Shown: piece after piece, positions 9,894 to 18,636 of the stretch
Layout: each line of letters starts with the position of its first letter
Numbering within the stretch: the first letter of the stretch is position 1
Virus record (IMG/VR): IMGVR_UViG_3300025150_000002
Location: 64,001 to 128,000 of that record
Source: a virus
Lineage: Duplodnaviria > Caudoviricetes
Reading direction: 5' to 3' (one strand)
Length of the DNA: 64,000 nucleotides
The notes under the pieces: generated by a model
What the model saw: only the letters and a program-made list of their open reading frames with translations
Databases searched by the model: none
Told to the model about the DNA's origin: nothing
Program-made: the position numbers and the translations under genes

Positions 9894-10271
9894 TTAGATG
9901 CTGGCCAATCGGTCGAGGACGGTGGTATCGATCAGGCCGGCGATAACCACCTTGGCGAGAGGGTACGGCTCAACAGGATCTTCGGCCACCAACACCTCAT
10001 TCTCCATGTTGTCCAGATTCAGCCAGACCGGGATTTTGAAGAGCGAGCCGACCCGCGCCACCATTTGGCCAGGCGTGGACAGCCGGTCCGCAAACCACAC
10101 TCGTGGGGCAGAGACCTCAAGTATGGACGCTATTTCGGCGCTAACAACGAAAACAGCATCCTTATTACCGGCCTCACGGAACGCCAACAGCATGAATTGT
10201 GGCAACTGCCTGCAGTGCTCTTGCAGCGCGACGCCAGAAGGGGGTGTGTAACGCCAAGATACGGTGATCAT
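9894..10271 (-). CDS. Hypothetical protein, paralogue of 11235..11630
   Basis: Shares GxLxxIPVW..NEVLV.EDP..AK and a C-terminal LDRLA with the 11235 ORF. Confidence 0.65.
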   Translation of the reverse strand: MITVSWRYTPPSGVALQEHCRQLPQFMLLAFREAGNKDAVFVVSAEIASILEVSAPRVWFADRLSTPGQMVARVGSLFKIPVWLNLDNMENEVLVAEDPVEPYPLAKVVIAGLIDTTVLDRLASI

Positions 10272-10798
10272 TTGTCTTGGTAGCGGAACTTGAGGTGATC
10301 GTAGGTCAACAAGTTAAACTCGGGCGTGTTTGGGCTGATGGGCAGCAACGGTGTTGGGTCAAGCAAGTCGCCGGGCGGTTGATCCGTGATCCGCCACCAA
10401 CCAGTCGCCCGAGCGCCAGACCGCATAAGCTCCAAATGAAGCATGACCATCGGTCGGCCTTTGAACCGTTGAAGAACGGGTGCCACATAACCGATAATGT
10501 CACCCTGCTCGACGGATGCACCGACCTTTAGCCCTGTCGTAACCTCACCGTAGACGACCACACCGCTCGCACCCTCGACGAGTACAGCATCTGTAGGACA
10601 CCACCAAGACGACCCGGCCTTCTCGCCGGTGAAAGGCTCGATGTTGACTACCAAGCCTCTTTCTACAGCAACAACCGGAGTGCCAACCTCGCAGTAAAGG
10701 TCTACCCCGGTGTGCCGGTCGAACCGCCTCAAGGCGCCAAAAGAACCAGCGTTATCAGGCAACAGCGGATCAGCGAGTAGCGGCCAAATCCAGCTCAC
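10268..10798 (-). CDS. M23-family peptidase
   Basis: HTGVDL (HxxxD) and LHLE (HxH-like) zinc motifs, plus GTPVVAVERG. Confidence 0.8.
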   Translation of the reverse strand: MSWIWPLLADPLLPDNAGSFGALRRFDRHTGVDLYCEVGTPVVAVERGLVVNIEPFTGEKAGSSWWCPTDAVLVEGASGVVVYGEVTTGLKVGASVEQGDIIGYVAPVLQRFKGRPMVMLHLELMRSGARATGWWRITDQPPGDLLDPTPLLPISPNTPEFNLLTYDHLKFRYQDK

Positions 10799-11220
10799 TA
10801 CACCTCCCTCGCATCACCCAGGTAAACCGGAACAGGATACAACCCGAACGAGAACCGAGGCCAACGTCCGCACGGGCATGAGTAGACGTAGATGTCCTCG
10901 GATTCGTTTTCGTAGGCGCCGTATACTCCAGGCGCACGGGTGAGGTCTCGGTTGCACGTGCAGTAGACCGCGTTGGAGTAGGCCGGGCCGCCGTTCTCTT
11001 CACAGTAAGGCTTCCCGCGTACGATACCCCCCGGGTGGTTTCCTGTCATGCGGTAACACTCCTCGCGCTTCATTCTGACCCAGATCTCGCCGTGGCACGG
11101 ATCTCCAAGTGTCTGTCGCTCCCAGTGACCACCCCAGAGTCGGCGGTAGACAGGTAGGAAGCTCAGGCAATGGTCAATGATGTAGAAGGGCGAGAAAAGA
11201 ACCAGTAGAACCATATTCAT
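10798..11220 (-). CDS. Hypothetical protein, Cys-containing with hydrophobic N-terminus
   Basis: 140-aa ORF abutting the M23 gene. Confidence 0.55.
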   Translation of the reverse strand: MNMVLLVLFSPFYIIDHCLSFLPVYRRLWGGHWERQTLGDPCHGEIWVRMKREECYRMTGNHPGGIVRGKPYCEENGGPAYSNAVYCTCNRDLTRAPGVYGAYENESEDIYVYSCPCGRWPRFSFGLYPVPVYLGDAREV

Positions 11221-11234
11221 GGTGTAGTTCTACC

Positions 11235-11630
11235 TCATCTGATCTGAGCCAGTCGGTCGAGCGCCCGGACGGTTACAAAGTTGATGAGCCTGATTTTGGC
11301 CCGAGGCTGAAGGTCCTCTGGATCGTCGACGATGAGAACCTCATCGGCCCGAACGGCCGTGTTGGCCCAGATAGGGACGCCCCCAAGTCTTCCGGCCGCA
11401 ATGGAACTTCCCGTTGGCCCGTCCCATAAGAACTCTTTACCCAGGAAGGCCGAGGATGTGCAGATCAACATCGATATGGTCATAGGGTGAGACAGAATCA
11501 CTCCCTTTCCTCCGGTCTCGAAAAATATCTGCACCATCATGAGCGCTAGCCCTTGCATGTGATCTATGGCGGAGACGCCCATAGGGATGGCGTGGTCCCA
11601 CATCCGGGTGAAGATCTGCTCGTTCTGCAT
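11235..11630 (-). CDS. Hypothetical protein, paralogue of 9894..10271
   Basis: See the 9894 ORF. Ends in ALDRLAQIR. Confidence 0.65.
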   Translation of the reverse strand: MQNEQIFTRMWDHAIPMGVSAIDHMQGLALMMVQIFFETGGKGVILSHPMTISMLICTSSAFLGKEFLWDGPTGSSIAAGRLGGVPIWANTAVRADEVLIVDDPEDLQPRAKIRLINFVTVRALDRLAQIR

Positions 11631-11718
11631 CTTTAGGCTGCCCTGTCTAGTGTAGACTGATGCTACTGCCGGTGTTACCCGGGCTTAGACCTACCAGCCT
11701 ACATCACAAGGTCTCACG

Positions 11719-11919
11719 ATGCACCTCCACCGAAACTTCGTATGGACTCTGAACCTGAGCGACCGAGAGCTAAAGGTCATCATCAAGTGTCTTCAGGATG
11801 AAGATCTCACAGACGATGAGCAGAGCCTCGTCGACAAGCTGTCCGAGACACTGCCCGAGAACGCGGTTCGCCTAGAGCGGGTCAGTACGGGCCGCAAGCG
11901 CAATACGCCCAAGAATTGA
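11719..11919 (+). CDS. Small hypothetical protein
   Basis: 66 aa with AAGG SD, followed by a terminator hairpin. Confidence 0.65.
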   Translation: MHLHRNFVWTLNLSDRELKVIIKCLQDEDLTDDEQSLVDKLSETLPENAVRLERVSTGRKRNTPKN

Positions 11920-11936
11920 CCCGTCCGTACACGGAA

Positions 11937-11961
11937 ACGCGGCCCACGAAATGGGCCGCGT
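11937..11961. terminator. Hairpin terminator between convergent genes
   Basis: 10-bp stem ACGCGGCCCA/TGGGCCGCGT with a 5-nt loop, between the 11919 (+) and 11998 (-) stops. Confidence 0.7.
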
Positions 11962-11997
11962 CTCTACATCCAACTGAATCGGCGGACTTGACGGGGG

Positions 11998-13143
11998 CTA
12001 GTTAACCACCAGCTCCACCACGATCTTCTTGGCGTAGTAGTTGATGAGACTATGGCTAACTCCGAGCTCGTGGGCGATGTTCTTCTGGGTCTTACCGTCA
12101 GCTAGTAGACCAGGGATGGATGCGATCTGCTCTGTCGTGAGCTTGGCATTCCCGTGCCTTTGAATCAGACTGGGAAGTCCCCAGGCGCAGCCGCGCAGGA
12201 TCGCAGAAATCTGCGCCGGTGTCACTCCATACTCGACAGCCAGTTGCTTACCGGTGACCTGACTGGCTGACTTAAGACCCTTCTGGTATCTGGTTCTGAT
12301 CTCATCAACCTGTGCACGGCTCAGCTTTGCCATACCGTGGCTGTCGCCTCTAGGTCGGTTTGATGGGTTTGCCTTGAGCGCGGCTTGCATTTTATCGATG
12401 TTACGCCTAGCGTAATCTGGATCCCTGTTCCACGGGTGTCTCTCGCCGCGCAGCACCTTCTCTGGATACTTGCGCGTCCAGTGATCATCGCCGGTGGGTG
12501 CGGTCTGGCCGCCATCAGCGTCGTTGGTCAGAAGGTTCAATCCTATTGAACTGATGTGCTCGACTTCGAGCTTCAGCGCCTCGGACTCGGTGAGCTTCTC
12601 GGCAATCCTGCGCTCAGCAGGACTGAGCCCCATCTTGAGCAGCTTGCGGATCACAGAGAACTTATGACCCTTCTTTCCCTTCTTCGCCTTCCTGATGTGA
12701 TCGCCGATCCTCGGGCAGTGCCGATCCGAGCCCTTACCCACGTAGAACACCTTGTTGGTGTCTGGTCGGATCAACTCGTAGACGTAGTAGATAGGGGTCG
12801 GATCAAGGTCTGGCGAGTCAGGGTCTGCCTGCTGATGGACCCTTGGCCGGGAGACTCCTCTACGGGAGCACCGTACACCTTGCTGCTCCCTCAATCCATC
12901 AATGAGCGTGTTCGCAGAATCCTTATCCAGGTTGGTAGCCTTTACCTCCTGGACAGGTGCAATCCCACGAGAGCGGAGGAGTCTCACCTCGTCATACCTG
13001 CGACCGGACGCCCCTGTGGCGGCCTCGTTGATGAGCCTGGTAAGACTGCTGTTCTTATGGGACTTGGCGGATTGTCTAGCAACGTGAATGACCCGACCGT
13101 CAGTCGGGTCATTCAGCGCGACCACCGAATAGCGTAACGACAT
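11998..13143 (-). CDS. Free-standing GIY-YIG-family homing endonuclease with C-terminal HTH repeats
   Basis: YYVYELIRP..VFYVGKG catalytic motif, EALKLE..I..IG..LLTN, and two AKL(S/T)..Q HTH modules. Confidence 0.8.
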   Translation of the reverse strand: MSLRYSVVALNDPTDGRVIHVARQSAKSHKNSSLTRLINEAATGASGRRYDEVRLLRSRGIAPVQEVKATNLDKDSANTLIDGLREQQGVRCSRRGVSRPRVHQQADPDSPDLDPTPIYYVYELIRPDTNKVFYVGKGSDRHCPRIGDHIRKAKKGKKGHKFSVIRKLLKMGLSPAERRIAEKLTESEALKLEVEHISSIGLNLLTNDADGGQTAPTGDDHWTRKYPEKVLRGERHPWNRDPDYARRNIDKMQAALKANPSNRPRGDSHGMAKLSRAQVDEIRTRYQKGLKSASQVTGKQLAVEYGVTPAQISAILRGCAWGLPSLIQRHGNAKLTTEQIASIPGLLADGKTQKNIAHELGVSHSLINYYAKKIVVELVVN

Positions 13144-13220
13144 GTGAGCCCCAGTATTACTGGTCTCACTCTGGTCGCGTCAGGCTGGAAATTCAACCTA
13201 AATTCGAGACCTTCTCGTAA

Positions 13221-14005
13221 CTACGTTACTACCAACTCGATGGAAACTTCCTCAACCGCAAGACTGAGCTCCTGGATCGCGACATCGGAGCTCGATGCAT
13301 CCTTGTCACCGGTCGGCTTGACAGAGGTCGGGAAGACCTCCTTCAGCTGGATCACCTTCGACGGCGAACCGTCGATGCCGAACTCGTCGGCGATGTGGTA
13401 CTCCTGGATGGTGATGTCAGAGCGGTAGGTCTCCCCACCGTTGATGCACTTGAAAATCCAGACCAGGAAGTCCGACTCCTTCTTCACGACGCCCTTGCTC
13501 AGAGAGCAATCGCCGACCTTCGGAATCCCCGGATACTTCCGGGTGTACTTATAGACACCCTCACGGTACTCGACCATGTCGACCGTGAGGTCCGGAATGC
13601 TGGCCGTCCGGAACCCGGCCACAGGGTCCAGGTTCCCGCCGGCCGGGTCGACGACGTGGAAGCGGAAGTTCGTTATGTTACGAGTTGGTCGCACCCACCA
13701 ACTCTCCTCGACTTTCACCGAGGCCCAGACTATATCATCACCCTTTCTGGGGTGCCGCGCACTTCGGGCTCGCTTGAGCCCTACTCCCTTACGGGATAGT
13801 CGTTGAACCTTCCACAGAGCTTGTGGCTTGGCTGCTGATTATCCAATTCCTGAACTTTTCAAGCCTTCACGTTTGATCTTCCGATCTCCGCAGTGGCATC
13901 AGGACTCTAAGGACTTCCCAGCAATTCACGCAGTTTTCGCTACCGGATCACTCCGGTAGGCCACTATTCCTAATGGTACAAGTCGGTGTCAACAGCACGT
14001 GCCAT
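13221..14005 (-). CDS. Tail tube protein, T4 gp19-like, split by a group I intron (exon 1 14005-13973, exon 2 13670-13221; 160 aa spliced)
   Basis: AAAGGAG SD, then MARAVDTDLYH. Joining to NFRFHVVD aligns without gaps to paralogue MARAEDTDPLQNYSFYLLD. Tube motifs YREG, KYPG, DASSSDVAIQELSL. Confidence 0.9.
13671..13972 (-). ncRNA. Group I self-splicing intron (IA-like, 302 nt, no internal ORF)
   Basis: P1 is CCAU|UA-GGAA-UA-GUGG with a U.G pair at the 5' splice site. Core elements: P GAAUUGCUGGGAA (13915-13927), Q AAUCAGCAG (13832-13840), R GUUCAACGACUA (13797-13808), S GAUAUAGUCUG (13726-13736). P7.1/P7.2 and P9 hairpins present. Terminal G at 13671. Confidence 0.92.
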
Positions 14006-14032
14006 GACGATCTCCTTTGATCGAGTTTCAAA

Positions 14033-14869
14033 CTACGAACAAACCCTGTCTGACCGACCATCGGCCAACACGCCACGTCGTTTGAGTTCCCAGTAGTCCC
14101 AGATCTGTAGGTTCAGATCTGGACGGCTCTCTTGAAGAGCCTTGATCTTCTTCATCTGTTCTGGACTCTCGACCCCCTTGACATCGACCACGGTGGTATC
14201 AGCACCGTCGTAGATCCAGAAGTCGGGGGTATAGCGTTTGGGCCTGTCGTCGACCTCGACCTCGTAGGTGACAAGCTCGTAGTCCCACGACATTCCCTGC
14301 TCATCAAGCCAACTCGCCATTCCAAGTTCCCAAGTTGACCGCATTTTGAACTTACGGCCGAGCTTGTCTGTGAAACTTAGTCGTGGACCACCACCCCATG
14401 CCGCTGGTCGCATACCCACACCGTTGCGCGATAGGACAAGACAGATAGCGGATTGGGAGGTGCCGTAGCGACGAGATAGGGCAATTGTGTCCTCGCCGCC
14501 CAAGTAAAGCCGGACCATCTCCGACTCTTCGGCATCAGACCACCGCCTGTTACGGGTGCCTGTCCTATCGACGTCCACACCTTGCTTGTGGAGAGTTTTG
14601 TAGACGCAATCAGGCTTAACGTCCATCTTCGCAGCGATGTCGGGCCCGGATACTCCCTGGTTGTAGAGCTCAACCATCTGCATCTGCTGTTTCTTTGTGG
14701 TCTTGATATGAGTCAAGTTCTTATACAGTAGCTTGACGCCGAGCTTCTTTGCGCGACAACGCGTCGTCGACTGGTCCCGGTCAAGCTGTTCGGCACACCA
14801 CTTCCCTCCGCGAGTAGGGTAGTTCTCGCGGATGAAAGAATCGTCAGAAGTGATCCAAGGGCGTCCCAT
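14033..14869 (-). CDS. Free-standing PD-(D/E)xK-type homing endonuclease with N-terminal HTH repeats
   Basis: MRSTWE..W..YE..RYTPDFW..VDVKG. Paralogous to 26588..27766. Confidence 0.75.
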   Translation of the reverse strand: MGRPWITSDDSFIRENYPTRGGKWCAEQLDRDQSTTRCRAKKLGVKLLYKNLTHIKTTKKQQMQMVELYNQGVSGPDIAAKMDVKPDCVYKTLHKQGVDVDRTGTRNRRWSDAEESEMVRLYLGGEDTIALSRRYGTSQSAICLVLSRNGVGMRPAAWGGGPRLSFTDKLGRKFKMRSTWELGMASWLDEQGMSWDYELVTYEVEVDDRPKRYTPDFWIYDGADTTVVDVKGVESPEQMKKIKALQESRPDLNLQIWDYWELKRRGVLADGRSDRVCS

Positions 14870-14871
14870 CC

Positions 14872-14907
14872 TCAACTCGAAAGATCTGTGTCAACGGCTC
14901 TGGCCAT
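14872..14907 (-). pseudogene. Orphan duplicate of the tail tube 5' end (MARAVDTDLSS*)
   Basis: AGGAG SD plus ATG GCC AGA GCC GTT GAC ACA GAT CTT, encoding the same 9 residues as tube exon 1. Confidence 0.85.
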
Positions 14908-15022
14908 GTCGTCTCCTGCTTGCGCCTTCAGTCTACCGTGTTGGCAGAGGCTGCATCACTCGCGCATCACGAGTGAGTCTAGCAGAATCGTAGCATGTGG
15001 TCCAGGCTATCGATGCTCCGAA

Positions 15023-15526
15023 TTATCTACGCCACTTGGTCCAGGCGGACTTGTTACCGACCAAGTGCTCCAACTGATGAATAAGCTGCACGAACCGTGG
15101 GTTGCAGAGCGGTGTCAAACCCCCCTGAGGTGCTCTCAACCTCTGAACACGTTCAACCGCTTGCTGCGGGCCCATGCCAGCGACCTTCATCAAGGTGAGC
15201 GCTGAAACCAGTGAGGACCTGTTCAAGCCCATGGCACAAGACGAAAGACATGACTTCCCATCGCGGAGACGATCGCTGAACAGATCAGACGCCTTGTCGG
15301 CGCGCACTGCGGTCTGCGTCAGCTCGTCTTTCTCTGCCTGTGGGTTGTCGTCGTAGCCCATTTTGATGAGCTCGTAACTACCGCTCGGGTCGTTCGGCTG
15401 GTACTCCTGGGCAAAGAGCCCGATTACGTGAATCCGGCCATCTGGTTGGCGCAAAAGCTGGGTTACATCGGTCAGGTCACCCTGCCAAAGTTGCGCACCA
15501 GACCTATGAGTGAAAAGTCGATCCAT
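15023..15526 (-). CDS. Dual-specificity/tyrosine phosphatase-like protein
   Basis: CX5R active-site loop SCAMGLNRS. Confidence 0.75.
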   Translation of the reverse strand: MDRLFTHRSGAQLWQGDLTDVTQLLRQPDGRIHVIGLFAQEYQPNDPSGSYELIKMGYDDNPQAEKDELTQTAVRADKASDLFSDRLRDGKSCLSSCAMGLNRSSLVSALTLMKVAGMGPQQAVERVQRLRAPQGGLTPLCNPRFVQLIHQLEHLVGNKSAWTKWRR

Positions 15527-15590
15527 GTCCTAATTGTATCCGGGGTGTAAGCTAACCAAGGGCGCATCAGCGCTCAATGCTGAATCCTGA

Positions 15591-16100
15591 ATGCTGAACG
15601 GGGGTGCGGTGCCGACAGACAGGAGAATGTTGTTCATCGAAGCCCTGGCAGGGATATCTGCTAAGCCTACTCGACGCAGGCGCGGAAGCGCTAGGTGCTA
15701 CGGGCCACCGTGTGAAATCAACGACTGTCCTGGTCAGACAGTGGGCAACAAGCCTTACTGTCTCGATCACGTTCACCTCATGCCCTACGCGGCCAAAATC
15801 CAGGAACGCGAGGCCGCCAGAGATGTCGAAATCGCGAGCGCAGACGGTCCGCCACTAGATGGGTTCGTCGCCCAAGACCTTCTCGGCGCGATCAAGCTGA
15901 CGCAGTCATCCATACCAGCCCTTGCTCGTGATCTTCGTGTGCCGCAAAAGGTCGTGGACAAGCTGGTGCGACAGCTCATAAAACTCGGCAAGGTTAGGAT
16001 TCGTCGGTCGAAGCGCAGCGTCTACGTGATCCGTATTCCAGACCCTAGCGACGATTTTCCTGGATCAGCCGTAGAACCTCCGGACGAATCGAGCGAGTGA
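15591..16100 (+). CDS. Hypothetical protein with Cys/His motif and HTH-like C-terminal half
   Basis: CEINDC..YCLDH, then IPALARDLRVPQKVVDKLVRQLIKLGKV. Likely start is the ATG after AGGAGA near 15627. Confidence 0.55.
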   Translation: MLNGGAVPTDRRMLFIEALAGISAKPTRRRRGSARCYGPPCEINDCPGQTVGNKPYCLDHVHLMPYAAKIQEREAARDVEIASADGPPLDGFVAQDLLGAIKLTQSSIPALARDLRVPQKVVDKLVRQLIKLGKVRIRRSKRSVYVIRIPDPSDDFPGSAVEPPDESSE

Positions 16101-16392
16101 ACCACTCCCCCCGATGACGCCACTCGGCGAACCGAAGGTGCAGCTGCCGCTCAGTTGTGCCGGTCCCATCATCGGCGACGATCACGCCTAGAAGGCGCAG
16201 CTCGCAATCAGAACCGGTCTGAAGCTGCGCAACCCGCGAGCTCACGGATCCCGTGGTAAACCCGACCTTGATTCGGCCGGTCTCGACGTTCTCCAGGAAA
16301 TAGACCTTGGTCATTCGATTCGAGATTGCCGGGTAGAAGAGGTTCATGACTTCTTCTACCAGAATACCGGATCCTGCGGATCGAAACCCCAC
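16045..16392 (-). CDS. T5orf172/MUG113-type GIY-YIG protein
   Basis: VYFL..IKVGFT..RVAQLQTG..ERQLHLRF..RGEWF. True start is probably a downstream ATG. Confidence 0.8.
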   Translation of the reverse strand: MGFRSAGSGILVEEVMNLFYPAISNRMTKVYFLENVETGRIKVGFTTGSVSSRVAQLQTGSDCELRLLGVIVADDGTGTTERQLHLRFAEWRHRGEWFTRSIRPEVLRLIQENRR

Positions 16393-16506
16393 CCTGACGA
16401 ACGACCAGTTGCGGCTCTACTTGCGGCCCGAGTCCTGCATCAGCTTCGCGCTGCAGGCTGTGGTCCGCGAGCTTCTGGAGCGCGCGCTGAAGGAGGTGAT
16501 CGCCCG

Positions 16507-17442
16507 ATGAAGAACTTCGTAACCGATGAGCTGATCTTCATGACGGTGGCCGGCAGCCGCATGTACGGCACCAACATCGCCACGTCGGACGTCGACAAGC
16601 GAGGTGTCTGCGTCCCACCTAAGAAGGTGGTCTACGGGTTCGCCAGAAACTTCAATCAACAGGAGTTTCCCAACGAAGACACGGTGGTGTTTTCGCTGAT
16701 GAAGTTCATGCAGCTTGCAGCTGATGCGAATCCAAACGTCATCGAGCTGCTGTTCGCGCCCGACGACTGCGTCGAGGTGTGCCACCCCACATGGGGGCGC
16801 CTGCTGGAGAGGCGAAACCTCTTCCTCACGGCCAAGGCCTATCACACCTTCACCGGCTACGCGCACAGCCAGCTCAAGCGGATCAATGGTCACAGGGCGT
16901 GGCTGATGAACCCACCGACACACAAGCCTACTCGCGAGGAGTACGGCTTGACGGAGGCGGGACAGGGCGTGCGCGATCTGGCCCGTGGTATCGACCTCTC
17001 CGAGATCAGCCCGGAGACCCTCCAGATCATCGAGAGGGAGAAGGCCTACAAGGCTGCCCTGACCACCTGGAACCAATACGAGAAGTGGAAGACGGAGCGA
17101 AACAAGGACCGGGCCGCGCTAGAGGCGGCCCACGGATTCGACGTCAAGCACGCTATGCACCTGATGCGGCTCCTTCGGATGGGAAAGGAGATTCTGACCA
17201 CAGGATCGCTTCACGTTCGTCGGCCCGACGCCGCCGAGCTACTGGCGATACGCGCCGGTGAGTGGAGCTACGACAGGTTGGTCGGAGAGGCTGAGACTCT
17301 CAAGGCCGAGCTTGACGAGGTATACGAGAACAAGACTTACGTGGTACCCTTCGGGGCCCCACACCAGGAGATCTCGGACTTCTGCATCGAGCTCCACGAT
17401 TACCACTGGGCGAACCACGCCAAGAGCGCCGAGGACGAGTGA
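16507..17442 (+). CDS. Predicted nucleotidyltransferase (RlaP/PF10127-like)
   Basis: GSRMYG..SDVDKRG, NPNVIELLF, and KHAMHLMRLLRMG motifs. Confidence 0.8.
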   Translation: MKNFVTDELIFMTVAGSRMYGTNIATSDVDKRGVCVPPKKVVYGFARNFNQQEFPNEDTVVFSLMKFMQLAADANPNVIELLFAPDDCVEVCHPTWGRLLERRNLFLTAKAYHTFTGYAHSQLKRINGHRAWLMNPPTHKPTREEYGLTEAGQGVRDLARGIDLSEISPETLQIIEREKAYKAALTTWNQYEKWKTERNKDRAALEAAHGFDVKHAMHLMRLLRMGKEILTTGSLHVRRPDAAELLAIRAGEWSYDRLVGEAETLKAELDEVYENKTYVVPFGAPHQEISDFCIELHDYHWANHAKSAEDE

Positions 17443-17654
17443 GGCTGTGAGAAACCTTCAGCATCTCAAAGAGCCGGACCTCAAACCTGACCGCTTAGAG
17501 GCCTGGAGAGCTTTTCAGGCTGCGCTCGCCGAGGCGCGAACCAAACTAGCCGCTCTCTCCGCTCGCACACCAGGTGGGGTAAGCGAGAGATGTTGGGCAG
17601 GGCTCTACGAGGCCGACCTGTGGTCGAGGTAACCCACCTTACAAGGAGAATACG

Positions 17655-18248
17655 ATGAAGCCTGGGCTCTACGACATGGTTCGCGTCACCGACCAGACCG
17701 GTGTCTCCGGTACGGGCCGCGTTGCCCAGGTAGCGGTCTTCGAGGACGGTTCTGCCGTCGTGAGGTGGATGACGGGGAAGGACTCCACCGTCTGCTGGGC
17801 CAAGGTCCAAGACGCACTGGACGTTCACATCAACTGTCACCCCGATACAACCAAGCTTATCCCGGTGGGGGCCCTTCGGGAGCAGCACCAGAGTCCACGA
17901 GAGGTCGACGAGTCTGCCAGGTGGGCCGCGATCCGTGACGTCGACAGGCGAACTACTAAGGCCATCTACGACTGGTGTGCCTCCCGTGCGGTCCGGTGCA
18001 AGGAGCACAATAGTCACGGGCTCTACTTCGATGTCTGGGTGGGGACCAAGCAGATCATGTTCGACTGCTCGCCCGAGGACATCTCCCACGAGCTACGGCG
18101 CGGCAAGGGCATCGTCGTCGTACGTGACGCGTCCCACGGTTGGGACAACATGAGGATCTACGGAACCATCAACATGTTGGACAACGACGCTGGCCGAACG
18201 CTGGACATCTGGCTTGGATGTGGAGAGGAGCGGATCGAGAAGGACTAA
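17655..18248 (+). CDS. Hypothetical phage protein (two-domain)
   Basis: AAGGAG SD. N-terminal TGVSGTGRVA..FEDG..VRW module. Confidence 0.7.
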   Translation: MKPGLYDMVRVTDQTGVSGTGRVAQVAVFEDGSAVVRWMTGKDSTVCWAKVQDALDVHINCHPDTTKLIPVGALREQHQSPREVDESARWAAIRDVDRRTTKAIYDWCASRAVRCKEHNSHGLYFDVWVGTKQIMFDCSPEDISHELRRGKGIVVVRDASHGWDNMRIYGTINMLDNDAGRTLDIWLGCGEERIEKD

Positions 18249-18294
18249 CTCGATGCATCCGACACCAGACTCCTTACGGTCAAAGGACAGCTAG

Positions 18295-18636
18295 ATGGGA
18301 GCTCAAGTGCATATTCGGTTGGAGAACTGCGGCCAGCGGAAGATCCAGGTCATCAAGGACTTGCGGACCGCCTACGGGTTCAACCTCGTGACGGCCAAGT
18401 CTTGGGCCGACAAGGCGCCGTGCATCTTGCCCGCGACTCCACCTGGAGTGGCCGGTAAGCTGATCAAGGATCTGCGGGACAGCGGGGCGACGGTTTCTGT
18501 GGTCGACCCGTCGGTGTTGGACCAGATGGCGGCGGTGTCCTTCATCCAGTCGGCTGCGGCCTCTCTTGGAGAGGGCGATCTGGCAGAGACCCGGACCGCA
18601 CTGAGAGCCGCGCTTGCTCTGGTTGGCGATGTCTGA
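18295..18636 (+). CDS. Protein with ribosomal protein bL12 C-terminal-like domain
   Basis: KIQVIKDLRTAYGFNLVTAKSWADKAPCIL..AGKLIKDLRDSGATV matches the L7/L12 CTD pattern. Confidence 0.7.
   Translation: MGAQVHIRLENCGQRKIQVIKDLRTAYGFNLVTAKSWADKAPCILPATPPGVAGKLIKDLRDSGATVSVVDPSVLDQMAAVSFIQSAAASLGEGDLAETRTALRAALALVGDV

Noticed and set aside
13671-13718. N-terminus MKVEESWWVRPTRNIT given by the ORF track for the tube gene
   Set aside because: These codons lie within the intron 3' structure (P9 region). The real start is at 14005.
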